Shown piece by piece: positions 37,560 through 47,567 of a stretch of DNA of 64,000 nucleotides. A program made the translations under genes and the position numbers. Source of the stretch: Nitrospinales bacterium (lineage in GTDB: Bacteria; Nitrospinota; Nitrospinia; Nitrospinales; VA-1). Within the stretch, counting starts at the first letter, position 1. The number at the start of each line of letters is the position of its first letter. Under the pieces are notes generated by a model, which was given only the letters and a program-made list of their open reading frames with translations, was not told where the DNA came from and ran no database searches. The stretch covers positions 1,856,001 through 1,920,000 of the forward strand of contig CBDCWG010000012.1 of assembly GCA_965223345.1 (NCBI GenBank), read 5' to 3'.

Positions 37560-40040
37560 ATGGCGGACGAAGAAATCACATTGACCATAGATGGGAAAAC
37601 CGTTTCGGTTCCCAAGGGCACCAAGGTCGTCGATGCGGCCGCGAAGGTGGACATCGAAATCCCGGTGTTCTGTTACCACCAGAAGCTCGGCTCTCTGGGC
37701 TGCTGCCGCATGTGCCTGGTGGAAGTGGAAAAGATGCCCAAGCTCATGACCGCCTGCACGCTGGACGTCGGGCCGGACATGGTGGTGAAGACCGACACGG
37801 ACCGGGTGGAAAAAGCGCAGAAAGGCGTGCTGGAATTCACGCTGCTCAACCATCCCTTGGACTGTCCGGTGTGCGACAAGGGCGGCGAGTGCCCGCTGCA
37901 GGACAACACGTTCAAATACGGTCCCGGCGACACGCGCATGGAATTCAAGCGCTACAACAACCTCAAGGCCGCGCCGCTGAGTCCCCTGATCACGCTGGAT
38001 CGGGAACGCTGCATCGCCTGCCAGCGCTGCACCCGTTACAGCGAGGTGATCGAGCAGGAGCGGGCTCTGGTCATGCTGAACCGCGGTTTCAACAACGAGA
38101 TCGGCACGTTCAACAACGAAGATTACGACACGCGGTTTTCCGGAAACGTGATCGACATCTGTCCCGTGGGGGCGCTCACCAACTCGCAGTTCCGTTTCAA
38201 GGCGCGCACCTGGGATCTCACCAATTCCAAGACCCTGTGCGCGCATTGCGGCGTCAACTGCAATATGACGATGGGCGTGCGCACCAACGAGTTCATGCGC
38301 ATCGAGTCGCGGCCCAACGATTACGTCGATGACGGCTGGATCTGCGACAAGGCCCGCTGGGGCTACGATTTCCTGAAGACGGGGCGGCGCATTCAGGAGG
38401 CGCGCACCACACTCGATGGCGGCAAAAAGACCGTCGGCATCCAGGAGGCGGCAGCGCAGGTGGCGCAGAGACTCAAAAAGATCGCCGAGGAGCACGGCCC
38501 AGAGAGCGTCGGGTTCATCGGTTCGCCGTACGGCACGAACGAAGAGCTGTATCTGTATCAGAAACTGTTCCGCGAACGGCTCGGCACCAACAACCTGGAC
38601 CACAAGACCTACGTGGATGCGCCGGGGCTGCCGGTCGATCATTTCGACCTCAACGATTGCGAAGATTCCAACCTGATCCTGTTGATCGCCAGCGATCCCA
38701 CCGAGGAACTGCCGGTGCTGGATCTGAGGATCAAAAAAGTGGCGACCCGCATGGCGGTTCCGCAAAGCAAGGTCTCTGTGGCGGTGCTCAACGATCAGGC
38801 CACCCAGATGGACCGCTACGCCGAGCTTTCCCTGCGCTACGACGTCGGATCGGACGGGCGCGTGTTTAAGGCGCTGCAGGACTGCCTGGGCGGCGGCAAG
38901 GCAGGCGGCGTCAAAGAGACCGGAATATCCGCGGACGATCTGAAAGCGCTGGTGGAAAAGATCCGTGCGTCGGCGAAGATCACCGTCATTTACAATCCCA
39001 AAGCCCTGACCGGCGATTCGGTGCATGCGCTCAAGCACCTGCTCGCGGCGATCGACGCTCTGGAAGGCGTGCATTGTGGCGCGATTCCGGCGGCGCCGGA
39101 GACCAATGCGGTGGGCGCGATGGACATGGGCGTGATGCCGGATCATTATCCGGGCGGCGTGCCCCTGTCCCAGGAAGCGGCCATCAAGGAAACCTGGGGC
39201 GACGAGGCCCCGACGCAGGCGGGATTGTCCGCGCTACAGATGATCGAAAAAGCCGCCTCCGGGAAATTGAAGGCGCTGCTCGTGCACCGGGCCAACCCGG
39301 TGGTGGATTTTCCCGGCGGCGACAAGGTGAAAGCGGCGCTCGGCAAGCTCGAGTTTCTGGTGGTGCACGACATGCTGGAAACCGAAACCTCAGAACTTGC
39401 GCATTGCGTGCTGCCCTCGAATGGGCCGGGTTTCGACGAAGGCACTACGACCAACATCGGCGGCCGCGTGCAGTTTCGCATGGGCGGGCTCAAATGCCCG
39501 AACCCGCCGGACTGGAAGATCATCTCACTGATGGCGCGGGCGCTGGGCGATGAAACCAATTATTTGACTTCTTTTTCCGTGACGGATGAGATCGCCAAAA
39601 GGGTTCCGGGTTACGGGGAGATCGGCAAACGCTCGATCAAGCAGATCGGCAAGCGGCGCGATGCGGTGTCTTTGAGCGGCGAGGCTTTACCGGCTGCCGG
39701 CGCGCCGCCGGCTCTCACCGATTCGGGCAGGATGAAACTGCGGGTCGCCACGGTGCTGTTCGAGCACGACAAGGTTCTGGATGCGTCCTCGAAACTCGCG
39801 CATCATTTTCAGCATTCGGTGGTGCATCTGCACGCCGACGATGCGAAAAAGCTCGGGCTGGGCGACGACGACGACGTGGTGGTCTCCGCAGGTGGCGCGG
39901 AAGTGCAGGCGCAGGTGGCGGTTTCCAATCGCTGCAATCCCGGCGCGGTGGTGCTGCCCCGGGTTTCGGACGAACAGGGAGTATCGGCGCTTGCGGACGG
40001 GGCCGGTCCCATCCACTGGGTGACGGTCCGCAAGGCTTAA
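37560..40040 (+). CDS. nuoG: Complex I subunit G, with the N7 cluster motif
   Basis: IPVFCYH...CRMC, NHPLDCPVCDKGGEC, RCIACQRC...ICPVGAL, CAHCGVNC...ICDK; ATG at 37560. Confidence 0.97.
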   Translation: MADEEITLTIDGKTVSVPKGTKVVDAAAKVDIEIPVFCYHQKLGSLGCCRMCLVEVEKMPKLMTACTLDVGPDMVVKTDTDRVEKAQKGVLEFTLLNHPLDCPVCDKGGECPLQDNTFKYGPGDTRMEFKRYNNLKAAPLSPLITLDRERCIACQRCTRYSEVIEQERALVMLNRGFNNEIGTFNNEDYDTRFSGNVIDICPVGALTNSQFRFKARTWDLTNSKTLCAHCGVNCNMTMGVRTNEFMRIESRPNDYVDDGWICDKARWGYDFLKTGRRIQEARTTLDGGKKTVGIQEAAAQVAQRLKKIAEEHGPESVGFIGSPYGTNEELYLYQKLFRERLGTNNLDHKTYVDAPGLPVDHFDLNDCEDSNLILLIASDPTEELPVLDLRIKKVATRMAVPQSKVSVAVLNDQATQMDRYAELSLRYDVGSDGRVFKALQDCLGGGKAGGVKETGISADDLKALVEKIRASAKITVIYNPKALTGDSVHALKHLLAAIDALEGVHCGAIPAAPETNAVGAMDMGVMPDHYPGGVPLSQEAAIKETWGDEAPTQAGLSALQMIEKAASGKLKALLVHRANPVVDFPGGDKVKAALGKLEFLVVHDMLETETSELAHCVLPSNGPGFDEGTTTNIGGRVQFRMGGLKCPNPPDWKIISLMARALGDETNYLTSFSVTDEIAKRVPGYGEIGKRSIKQIGKRRDAVSLSGEALPAAGAPPALTDSGRMKLRVATVLFEHDKVLDASSKLAHHFQHSVVHLHADDAKKLGLGDDDDVVVSAGGAEVQAQVAVSNRCNPGAVVLPRVSDEQGVSALADGAGPIHWVTVRKA

Positions 40041-40082
40041 GACGTTAGTTTTTGACAGGAAACACGCGCGGGAGACGCTATT

Positions 40083-41126
40083 TTGCAGGAAACCATCGTT
40101 GAATTCTGGGATGCGACGCTGAAGTTCATGGAGCCTGTGCTGGAGCCGGCTTTTCTCATCGGCACGGTCAAGGCCGCGGTGATCGCAGGCGCGTTGCTCG
40201 GCGTGGTCCCGGCACTGGTCTGGCTGGAGCGGCGGCTGATGGGGCGCTTCCAGGTCCGCCTGGGTCCCAACCGCGTGGGTCCTCTGGGACTGGGGCAGCC
40301 GTTCGCCGATTCCCTGAAGCTGTTGTTCAAGGAATCGATCATCCAGAAATCGGCGGACAAGTTTCTCTATCACCTGGCTCCGGCGGTGGTGGTGTTCACG
40401 GCGATCGTCACCTTCGCGGTGATCCCGTTCGGCGAGCCGCTCACCGTTTTCGGGCAGGAGATCGCCCTGTGGGGGGCCAACATCAATTCCGGGCTGCTGT
40501 TCGTGTTCGCCATATCTGGAATGGGGATCTACGGGATGGTGCTCGCGGGCCTGTCCTCGAATAACAAATACTCGCTCATGGGGGGCCTGCGCTCCTCGGC
40601 GCAGATGATCAGCTACGAGCTGACGCTGGGGCTTTCGGCGTTGAGCGTCATCGTGATGACCGGGTCGCTCAATCTCATCGACCTGGTGGAAAATCAGAGA
40701 TCCGGCTGGTTCATTTTCAGCCAGCCGCTGGCGTTTCTGCTGTTTTTCATCGCCGGGGTGGCGGAGACCAACCGCGCGCCGTTCGATCTTCCGGAGGCGG
40801 AGCAGGAGCTGGTGGCGGGGTTCCACACGGAATACACCGGCATGAAGTTCGCCATGTTTTTCATGGGTGAATACATCAATATGATCACCATGAGCGCGCT
40901 GGTGACGCTGTTGTTTCTGGGCGGGTGGGACGCCTATGGGTTACCGATATGGCCGATCATCGCGTTCGCCGGCAAGGTGTTCTTCCTGCTGTGCGTTTTC
41001 ATCTGGCTGCGCTCGACGTTCCCGCGCATCCGTTACGACCGGTTGATGACCTTCGGCTGGAAAGTGCTGCTGCCGTTGTGTCTGCTCAATCTGCTGGTCA
41101 CCGCGACGGTCGTGGTGCTGACATGA
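40083..41126 (+). CDS. nuoH: Complex I subunit H
   Basis: ERR...Q.RLGPNRVGP, LRSSAQMISYE, AETNRAPFDLPEAE; TTG start uncertain. Confidence 0.97.
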   Translation: MQETIVEFWDATLKFMEPVLEPAFLIGTVKAAVIAGALLGVVPALVWLERRLMGRFQVRLGPNRVGPLGLGQPFADSLKLLFKESIIQKSADKFLYHLAPAVVVFTAIVTFAVIPFGEPLTVFGQEIALWGANINSGLLFVFAISGMGIYGMVLAGLSSNNKYSLMGGLRSSAQMISYELTLGLSALSVIVMTGSLNLIDLVENQRSGWFIFSQPLAFLLFFIAGVAETNRAPFDLPEAEQELVAGFHTEYTGMKFAMFFMGEYINMITMSALVTLLFLGGWDAYGLPIWPIIAFAGKVFFLLCVFIWLRSTFPRIRYDRLMTFGWKVLLPLCLLNLLVTATVVVLT

Positions 41127-41145
41127 TATTACACCCGAGGTGGTT

Positions 41146-41637
41146 ATGCTGAATGCCTTTTCAGGAATCAAAAATCTGTTGATCGGCATGGGGGTGACCT
41201 TCAAGAACATGGTTTCCAAGCCGGTCACCGTGCAGTATCCGGAGGTCAAGCGGACGATGCCGGAGCGCTACCGCGGACGGCATTTTCTCAACCGGGACGA
41301 GAACGGACTGGAGCGCTGCGTGGGTTGCAGCCTGTGCTCGATCAACTGCCCGGTGGGCTGCATCCACGTGGTTTCGGCGGAGAACACCGAGGAAAACCGG
41401 GTGTCGCCGGGGGAACGCTACGCCGCGGTGTACGAGATCAACCTGCTGCGCTGCATCTATTGCGGTTACTGCGAGGAAGCCTGTCCGGTGGACGCGGTGG
41501 TGCTGCGCGAGCATTACGAGCTGGCCGATTACGACCGCGACAAGTACATCGCGACGAAGGAAGACCTGCTGGTGTACCCGGAACCCAACGAGTTCCGGGT
41601 CAACATTCTGGGCAACACCCAGCGGGTCAAAAAATAA
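41146..41637 (+). CDS. nuoI: Complex I subunit I
   Basis: Two CxxCxxCxxxCP motifs. Confidence 0.97.
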   Translation: MLNAFSGIKNLLIGMGVTFKNMVSKPVTVQYPEVKRTMPERYRGRHFLNRDENGLERCVGCSLCSINCPVGCIHVVSAENTEENRVSPGERYAAVYEINLLRCIYCGYCEEACPVDAVVLREHYELADYDRDKYIATKEDLLVYPEPNEFRVNILGNTQRVKK

Positions 41638-41741
41638 ATCACCGCTGTTCCCCGGACGCCGCTACAAGGGTCCGGGTTTTTGCGTGAGCGGGTTCCCGAA
41701 TGGGAAGCCGCCACATTAGGATTGACGGGAGGGATTGTACC

Positions 41742-42278
41742 GTGTTCGAGATCACCTATGATGTTGCGGTGATCATCCTGAGCTTCACCGCCGTTCTGGC
41801 GTCGTTCGGGGTGATCCTGTGTTCTTCGCCCATCTATTGCGCGTTGTATCTCATCGGCAACATGGTGTGCCTCGCTCTCCTGTTTTTGCTCTTCAACGCT
41901 GAATTCATCGCTGCGGTGCAGATCATCGTGTACGCGGGTGCGGTGATGATTCTGTTTCTGTTCATCATCGCTCTTCTGGGCGGTAAAAAGGAAATACAGG
42001 AAAACTCCGTCCAGAGAATGTCTGCGTTCACGTTTATCATTCTGTTGTTCGGCGAGTTGCTGATGGCCGCCACCGTGGGGCCGACCCGTCCCATCGAGGG
42101 CAATGTCGATGCCGAGGTCCTGACCCAGGTCGGCAGCGCCAAGGCGGTGGGGCTGGAGCTGTTTTCCAAGCACATGATCGCGTTCGAGCTCGCCTCCGCG
42201 CTGCTGCTGGTGGCGGCGGTGGGCATCATCTGTCTCGCAAAATTTTCATTTTCACCGGCCAGGAGGCAGACGCGATAA
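41742..42278 (+). CDS. nuoJ: Complex I subunit J
   Basis: AEFIAAVQIIVYAGAVMILFLF, FELASALLL; GTG start after GGAGG. Confidence 0.95.
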   Translation: MFEITYDVAVIILSFTAVLASFGVILCSSPIYCALYLIGNMVCLALLFLLFNAEFIAAVQIIVYAGAVMILFLFIIALLGGKKEIQENSVQRMSAFTFIILLFGELLMAATVGPTRPIEGNVDAEVLTQVGSAKAVGLELFSKHMIAFELASALLLVAAVGIICLAKFSFSPARRQTR

Positions 42279-42280
42279 TT

Positions 42281-42580
42281 ATGGAAAACCAACTCGTTCT
42301 GATCGTCAGCGCTTCCATATTCTGCATCGGCGCCGTGGGCTTCATGATCCGTAAGAACCCGCTCATCATGCTGATGTCGGTGGAATTGATGCTGAATGCG
42401 GTGAATTTTCTATTGATCGGTTATTCCAAATTTCTCCAGTCGCTGGACGGGCAGATCTTCGCCCTGATGATCATGACGGTGGCGGCGGCGGAGGTGGTGG
42501 TGGGTCTTGCGATCATCCTCACGATTTTTCGCACCCGCCGGGATCTCAATGTAGACCATATCGACGCGTTGAAGGGGTAG
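42281..42580 (+). CDS. nuoK: Complex I subunit K
   Basis: VELMLNAVN, VAAAEVVVGLA, LKG. Confidence 0.97.
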   Translation: MENQLVLIVSASIFCIGAVGFMIRKNPLIMLMSVELMLNAVNFLLIGYSKFLQSLDGQIFALMIMTVAAAEVVVGLAIILTIFRTRRDLNVDHIDALKG

Positions 42581-42585
42581 GGCCT

Positions 42586-44454
42586 TTGTTCGGTTACGCT
42601 TGGCTGATATTGATTTTTCCTCTGCTCGGTTTCATCGGGCTGTCCTGGTTCGGGAACCGCTTCCCGAAACAATGGGTGGGCTGGGCCGGCTGCGGCACGA
42701 TTCTGCTTTCGTTCGTGGTGTCTCTGGTCGCCTTCATCGACCTTTTGGTGCTGGAACCGGATCAGCGGGTCGGGCACGTCGCCACCCTCTACCACTGGAT
42801 TTCCTCCGGCAGTTTCTCGCTCAACCTGGCCATTCTGATCGACCCGCTCTCGGTGTTCATGTTTCTCATCGTGACGGGGGTGGGCTTTGTGATCCACGTC
42901 TATTCGATCGGCTACATGGAGGAAGACCCCGAGTTCAGCCGCTATTTCTCCTATCTCAACCTGTTCGTGTTCTCCATGCTGCTGCTGGTCGCGGCGGCGG
43001 ATTTCTTTTTCCTGATCGTCGGCTGGGCCTTCGTCGGACTGGCTTCGTACCTGTTGATCGGTTTCTGGAGGGACAAGACCAGCGCGGTGCTCGCGGCCCG
43101 CAAAGCCTTCGTGATGAACGTGATCGGCGATGTGGGCATGGTGATCGCGGCGTTCATCATCTTCCAGCACTTCGGCAGCATCCAGTATGTGGACGTATTC
43201 ACCGCCGCTCCGGACACGTTTCTGCCCAACGACGACGGCATTTTGCTGATCACTCTGCTGTTGCTGGTGGGCGCGTTCGCCAAATCGGCGCAGCTTCCCC
43301 TGCACACCTGGCTTCCGGACGCGATGGAAGGCCCGACTCCGGTCAGCGCCCTGATCCACGCGGCCACCATGGTGACGGCGGGCGTGTATCTGGTGGCGCG
43401 CTGCCACGTTCTGTACGAACTGGCGCCGTTCACGATGTATTTCATCGCCACCATCGGCGCGTTGACGGCGTTGTTCGCGGGCTCCATCGCCATGGTGCAG
43501 TACGACATCAAACGGGTGATCGCCTATTCGACGATGAGCCAGCTCGGCTACATGTTTCTCGCGGTGGGGATCGGCGTGTTCAGCCTCGGCATGTTCCACC
43601 TGATGACGCACGCGTTTTTCAAAGCGCTGCTGTTTCTGAGCGCGGGCAGCGTCATCCACGCTCTGAACGGCGAGCAGGATATCCGCAACATGGGCGGGCT
43701 GCGTTCCTCGATGCCGCTCACGCACGCGACTTTTCTCATCGGCGCGCTGACGCTGGCGGGGTTTCCGCTGACCAGCGGGTTTTTCAGCAAGGAAGCCATC
43801 ATCATGAGTTCCTGGCATGCGGACATGGGCAATTTCGTGTTCTGGGGAATGGCGGTCCTGGCGGCGGGAATGACGGCGTTTTACATCTTCCGGGTCTATT
43901 TCTACACGTTTCTGGGAAAATCGCGCAATCCTGAGGCGCACCCGCACGAAGCGCCGCCCATCATGGCGGGGCCTCTGCTGCTGCTGGCCTTCTTTTCGCT
44001 GGTCATGGGATTCGCGGCGCATTTTGTGGACGGGTTTCTGGCACCGGTGTTCGGCGGTGTGCCCGTGCATCATAAGGATGGCTTGCTGGAAACCATCGCA
44101 GTGAGCGTGGGGCTCATCGGCATCGCCATCGCGGCGATCGTCTACATGACCGGCCAGGACCGCCTGGAGTTCGCCAAGGAAGCGTTCGCGCCCATCTACG
44201 ATCTGGTTTACAACAAGTTCTATGTGGACGAGCTGTACGATTTCTTCATCGTCAAGCCGGTCAAGGGCATCGGCGGTTTTCTTGCGGACAAGGCTGAGAA
44301 GGACGGCATCGACTATGCCGTGGACGAAGTGGGCGCGCAGGTCAAAGGCGTCAGCCGGGGCATCAGCCTCTGGCAATCGGGTAAGGTGCGGACGTACGCG
44401 CTCAATATGATCGTCGGCGTGGTGACGATCCTTCTGTTTGTGGTGTTTTTGTAA
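42586..44454 (+). CDS. nuoL: Complex I subunit L
   Basis: KSAQLPLHTWLPDAMEGPTPVSALIHAATMVTAG, HAFFKALLF, NKFYVDELY, QSGKVRTY. Confidence 0.97.
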   Translation: MFGYAWLILIFPLLGFIGLSWFGNRFPKQWVGWAGCGTILLSFVVSLVAFIDLLVLEPDQRVGHVATLYHWISSGSFSLNLAILIDPLSVFMFLIVTGVGFVIHVYSIGYMEEDPEFSRYFSYLNLFVFSMLLLVAAADFFFLIVGWAFVGLASYLLIGFWRDKTSAVLAARKAFVMNVIGDVGMVIAAFIIFQHFGSIQYVDVFTAAPDTFLPNDDGILLITLLLLVGAFAKSAQLPLHTWLPDAMEGPTPVSALIHAATMVTAGVYLVARCHVLYELAPFTMYFIATIGALTALFAGSIAMVQYDIKRVIAYSTMSQLGYMFLAVGIGVFSLGMFHLMTHAFFKALLFLSAGSVIHALNGEQDIRNMGGLRSSMPLTHATFLIGALTLAGFPLTSGFFSKEAIIMSSWHADMGNFVFWGMAVLAAGMTAFYIFRVYFYTFLGKSRNPEAHPHEAPPIMAGPLLLLAFFSLVMGFAAHFVDGFLAPVFGGVPVHHKDGLLETIAVSVGLIGIAIAAIVYMTGQDRLEFAKEAFAPIYDLVYNKFYVDELYDFFIVKPVKGIGGFLADKAEKDGIDYAVDEVGAQVKGVSRGISLWQSGKVRTYALNMIVGVVTILLFVVFL

Positions 44455-44466
44455 ACGGCTATTTAA

Positions 44467-45984
44467 ATGCTGACACTCACGATTTTCATACCGCTGATCA
44501 CGGCGTTGCTCCTTCAGTTCATTCCGAAGGACAACAAGCCCGTCATCCAGATGACCGCGCTGGGCGGCGCGGCGGCGGGTTTCGCGCTTTCGCTCGTGCT
44601 ATTGGCGATGTACGATGGGGCCCGGCCGGGCATGCAGTTCGTGGAGTCGATGCTGTGGGTCCCCATGCTGGGAATCCGCTATGAAGTGGGGCTCGACGGG
44701 GTCAGCCTGCTGCTGTTCGTGCTGACGACGTTTCTCGCGGTCATCGCGGTGGTGATGGGGCTGGGGGAGAAAAAGAACCTGCGCAATTTCCTTTCGCTGC
44801 TGCTGGCGCTGGAAGCGGGCACCCTGGGTGTGTTCGCGGCGCTGGACACGATCCTGTTTTACGTGTTCTGGGAATTGATGCTGGTGCCGACCTATTTCCT
44901 CATCGGCATCTGGGGCGAAGGCCGCCGGGTGTACGCGACGACCAAATTCGTGATCTACACGCTGGTGGGAAGCCTGCTGATGCTGGTGGCGATCATCGCC
45001 ATCACTGTGGTGCACTACGAGGCGACGCACGAGCTGACTTTCGACATCCAGAAACTGGTGCACACGCATTTCGACCCGGCGTCGCAGGTGTGGATGTTTG
45101 GTTTCTTTTTCCTGGCTTTCGCCATCAAGGTCCCGGTGTTTCCGCTGCACAGCTGGCTGCCGCACACCTACGTTTCCTGTCCCATTCCAGCGCTGGTGCT
45201 GCTGACCGGCGCGATGTCGAAAACCGGCGCTTACGGTTTCATCCGTTTCTGCCTGCCGCTGTTTCCCGAAGCGGTGGAGGAGATGGCGATTGTGATCGGC
45301 GCGGCGGCGGCGGGTGGCATCGTGTACGGCGCGTGGATCGCCGTGTCGCAGAAAGACCTCAAGGCGCTGGTGGCGTATTCCAGCATCAGCCATCTGGGCT
45401 TCATCGTGCTCGGGATCTTCGCGCTCAACACTCAGGGCGTGGGCGGCAGCGTGCTGCAGATGATCAACCACGGCATCATCGCATCGGCGCTGTTCATCAT
45501 CGTCGGGATCATCGAATCGAGATTGGGCACGCGCAACATCAAGGAGTTCCGCGGGCTGGGGCAGGCGATGCCGGTGCTTTACGGCGTGTTCATGCTGGTG
45601 ACCCTGGCGGCGCTGGGGCTTCCCGGCCTCAACGGCTTCGTGGGCGAGTTTCTCATTCTGATGGGCGTCTGGACTTCCGATCTGCTTGCGGACTGGTCCG
45701 CCACCTATGTGATGATGGCGGCGCTGGCGATCGTGTTCGCCTCGATCTACATGATGTTCATGTTTCAGGGCGCGATGCAGGAAAAGAAAGAGAAAATCCC
45801 CGACAGCGTGCCGGATATGAACAAAACCGAGATGGGGCTTCTGCTTCCCGCCTGCATTCTCATCGTTGTGATCGGTCTTTACCCCAAGCCACTGGTGGAC
45901 AGGGTGACGCCTTCGGTCGATTCCCTGCTGGCGATCGAGAAGACCGTCAACCTGCATGCGGGCGAGGACGCGGGACACCATTGA
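44467..45984 (+). CDS. nuoM: Complex I subunit M
   Basis: FYVFWELMLVP, IKVPVFPLHSWLP, AYSSISHLG, GLPGLNGFVGEF. Confidence 0.96.
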   Translation: MLTLTIFIPLITALLLQFIPKDNKPVIQMTALGGAAAGFALSLVLLAMYDGARPGMQFVESMLWVPMLGIRYEVGLDGVSLLLFVLTTFLAVIAVVMGLGEKKNLRNFLSLLLALEAGTLGVFAALDTILFYVFWELMLVPTYFLIGIWGEGRRVYATTKFVIYTLVGSLLMLVAIIAITVVHYEATHELTFDIQKLVHTHFDPASQVWMFGFFFLAFAIKVPVFPLHSWLPHTYVSCPIPALVLLTGAMSKTGAYGFIRFCLPLFPEAVEEMAIVIGAAAAGGIVYGAWIAVSQKDLKALVAYSSISHLGFIVLGIFALNTQGVGGSVLQMINHGIIASALFIIVGIIESRLGTRNIKEFRGLGQAMPVLYGVFMLVTLAALGLPGLNGFVGEFLILMGVWTSDLLADWSATYVMMAALAIVFASIYMMFMFQGAMQEKKEKIPDSVPDMNKTEMGLLLPACILIVVIGLYPKPLVDRVTPSVDSLLAIEKTVNLHAGEDAGHH

Positions 45985-46078
45985 CCCGCGTGCTGCATCC
46001 TTGCCGCAAACCATCTTTCGATTCCCCTTTCCATTTTGACCGCGTGTTTTTCCTTCCTGACGATTTTATCCTGAATCG

Positions 46079-46777
46079 ATGAAACTGGGCGAAGTGCTGG
46101 TGGACGGCGTTTTTCTGGAGCGGCCCAACCGCTATCTGGCGCATGTGACCGTCGATGGCAAGGAAACGCGGGCGCACGTTCCCGATCCCGGACGGCTTCC
46201 CGGCCTGATGATTCCCGGCCGCAGGGTGCGGCTGATCCACAATCCCGGTCCCAAACGCAAAACCGACTACACGCTGGTGCTGGTGCGGCACGGTTCGATC
46301 TGGGTTTCGGTGTACCCGGTGTTCGCCAACAAGATCGTCGAGGAAGCGCTGGCGGCGGGCAGGCTGGATGCGTTCGGGGATTGCGAATCCCACGCGAGTG
46401 AAGTCAAAGTGGGCAAGAGCCGCTTCGATTTCGTATTCACGACCGCACGCGGGCGGACTCTGGTGGAAGTGAAGTCGGTGAGCTTCGTCGAGGATGGCGT
46501 CGGCAAGTTTCCCGATGCGCCCACCGAGCGGGGCGTGAAGCATCTGAAGGAACTGATCGAGCTGAAAGAAAGCGGCGAGCGGGCGGCGGTGCTGCTCGTC
46601 TCACAGCGGTCGGACACCCGTTCTATCGCTCCCAACGATGCGATCGATCCCAAATTCGGCGAATGGTTGCGAAAGGCGCACAGCCTGGGCGTGGAGATCC
46701 ACGGCTACAACTGCCGGGTCACGCCTTCCAGCGTCACGCTCGGTAAGCGGGTGGAGATCGTGTTTCCGGAAATGTAA
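46079..46777 (+). CDS. sfsA: SfsA family PD-(D/E)xK nuclease-like protein
   Basis: RPNRYLA, HVPDPGRL, SRFDF, VEVKSV, FPDAPTERGVKHLKEL. Confidence 0.95.
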   Translation: MKLGEVLVDGVFLERPNRYLAHVTVDGKETRAHVPDPGRLPGLMIPGRRVRLIHNPGPKRKTDYTLVLVRHGSIWVSVYPVFANKIVEEALAAGRLDAFGDCESHASEVKVGKSRFDFVFTTARGRTLVEVKSVSFVEDGVGKFPDAPTERGVKHLKELIELKESGERAAVLLVSQRSDTRSIAPNDAIDPKFGEWLRKAHSLGVEIHGYNCRVTPSSVTLGKRVEIVFPEM

Positions 46778-46799
46778 CCTTGAAAGAAACATGAACCGA

Positions 46800-46850
46800 T
46801 CACCCTTCGACAAAGCCTGTCCTGAGCTTGCCGAAAGACTCAAGGGTGAC
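46800..46850. repeat. Nested palindromic miniature repeat
   Basis: TCACCCTT...AAGGGTGA outer stem enclosing CGACAA and CCTGAGCTTGCCGAA. Confidence 0.6.
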
Positions 46851-46859
46851 AGAGACAAA

Positions 46860-46905
46860 ATCCCTCTCCCCTGGAGGGAGAGGGCTGGGTGAGGGGGAGT
46901 AAAAA
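46860..46905 (-). repeat. REP-like palindromic element, copy 2 (inverted)
   Basis: Reverse complement is TTTTTACTCCCCCTCACCCAGCCCTCTCCCTCCAGGGGAGAGGGAT. Confidence 0.85.
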
Positions 46906-46917
46906 AAATCGTTCCAG

Positions 46918-47409
46918 CTACTGGGTCTGCTCGGGGTCGAAAAACGCGTCGAGGTCCGGGTCCACGCGCCAGCCTTCTTCCTCGCTGTGGTACCACTTCT
47001 GCTTCACCATGAGGGTTTTCAGCTTTGTGCTGGGCATCACCGTGATCTGATAGCGGATGAGCACGTCGGCCTGGTTGAATTCCTTCTCGGGGCCCTTGCT
47101 GGTGATGCGGACGGGCTGGTCGTCTTCGAACAGGCGGACGTTGAGGATCGAGGTGTTGTAAAAAACCACGTCGTTTTCCACTCTCAGGGATTTTTTCAGA
47201 AATTCTTCCTGTTTTTCCCGCACCACAAACGGGGAGCTGATATCCATCAGCTTTCCTTCGAAACGCCGGTTGAAAGCCTTGATGCTTTGTTCCAGGTCGT
47301 CGTGCGTCTGCCGCTGGGCGAATGAGGAACAGGCGGCTATAGTGAACAGCAGGCAGGCGGCGACAACAAGGCGAAGCCGGGGCGATGCAGCGATGGGCGA
47401 TCGTTTCAT
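46918..47409 (-). CDS. Hypothetical lipoprotein
   Basis: MKRSPIA after GAGG; lipobox IAAC. Confidence 0.8.
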   Translation of the reverse strand: MKRSPIAASPRLRLVVAACLLFTIAACSSFAQRQTHDDLEQSIKAFNRRFEGKLMDISSPFVVREKQEEFLKKSLRVENDVVFYNTSILNVRLFEDDQPVRITSKGPEKEFNQADVLIRYQITVMPSTKLKTLMVKQKWYHSEEEGWRVDPDLDAFFDPEQTQ

Positions 47410-47567
47410 GAAAAAACCTCGTGTGGTATGATTGAAGCCGGTTGATTGGGAAGGACAGAGAACCGAAGATGTGACTCCCTTCAATTATAAGCTATTTTTG
47501 CGTTTCCCACCAGTCCATCCTCACGCGTTCGGCAAAATGGAACGTTTCATTTCCGGCTGAGAATCCC

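Noticed and set aside
42586..45984. 2M-type complex I (duplicated nuoM)
   Set aside because: Only one nuoM is present and NuoL has ordinary length (622 aa).
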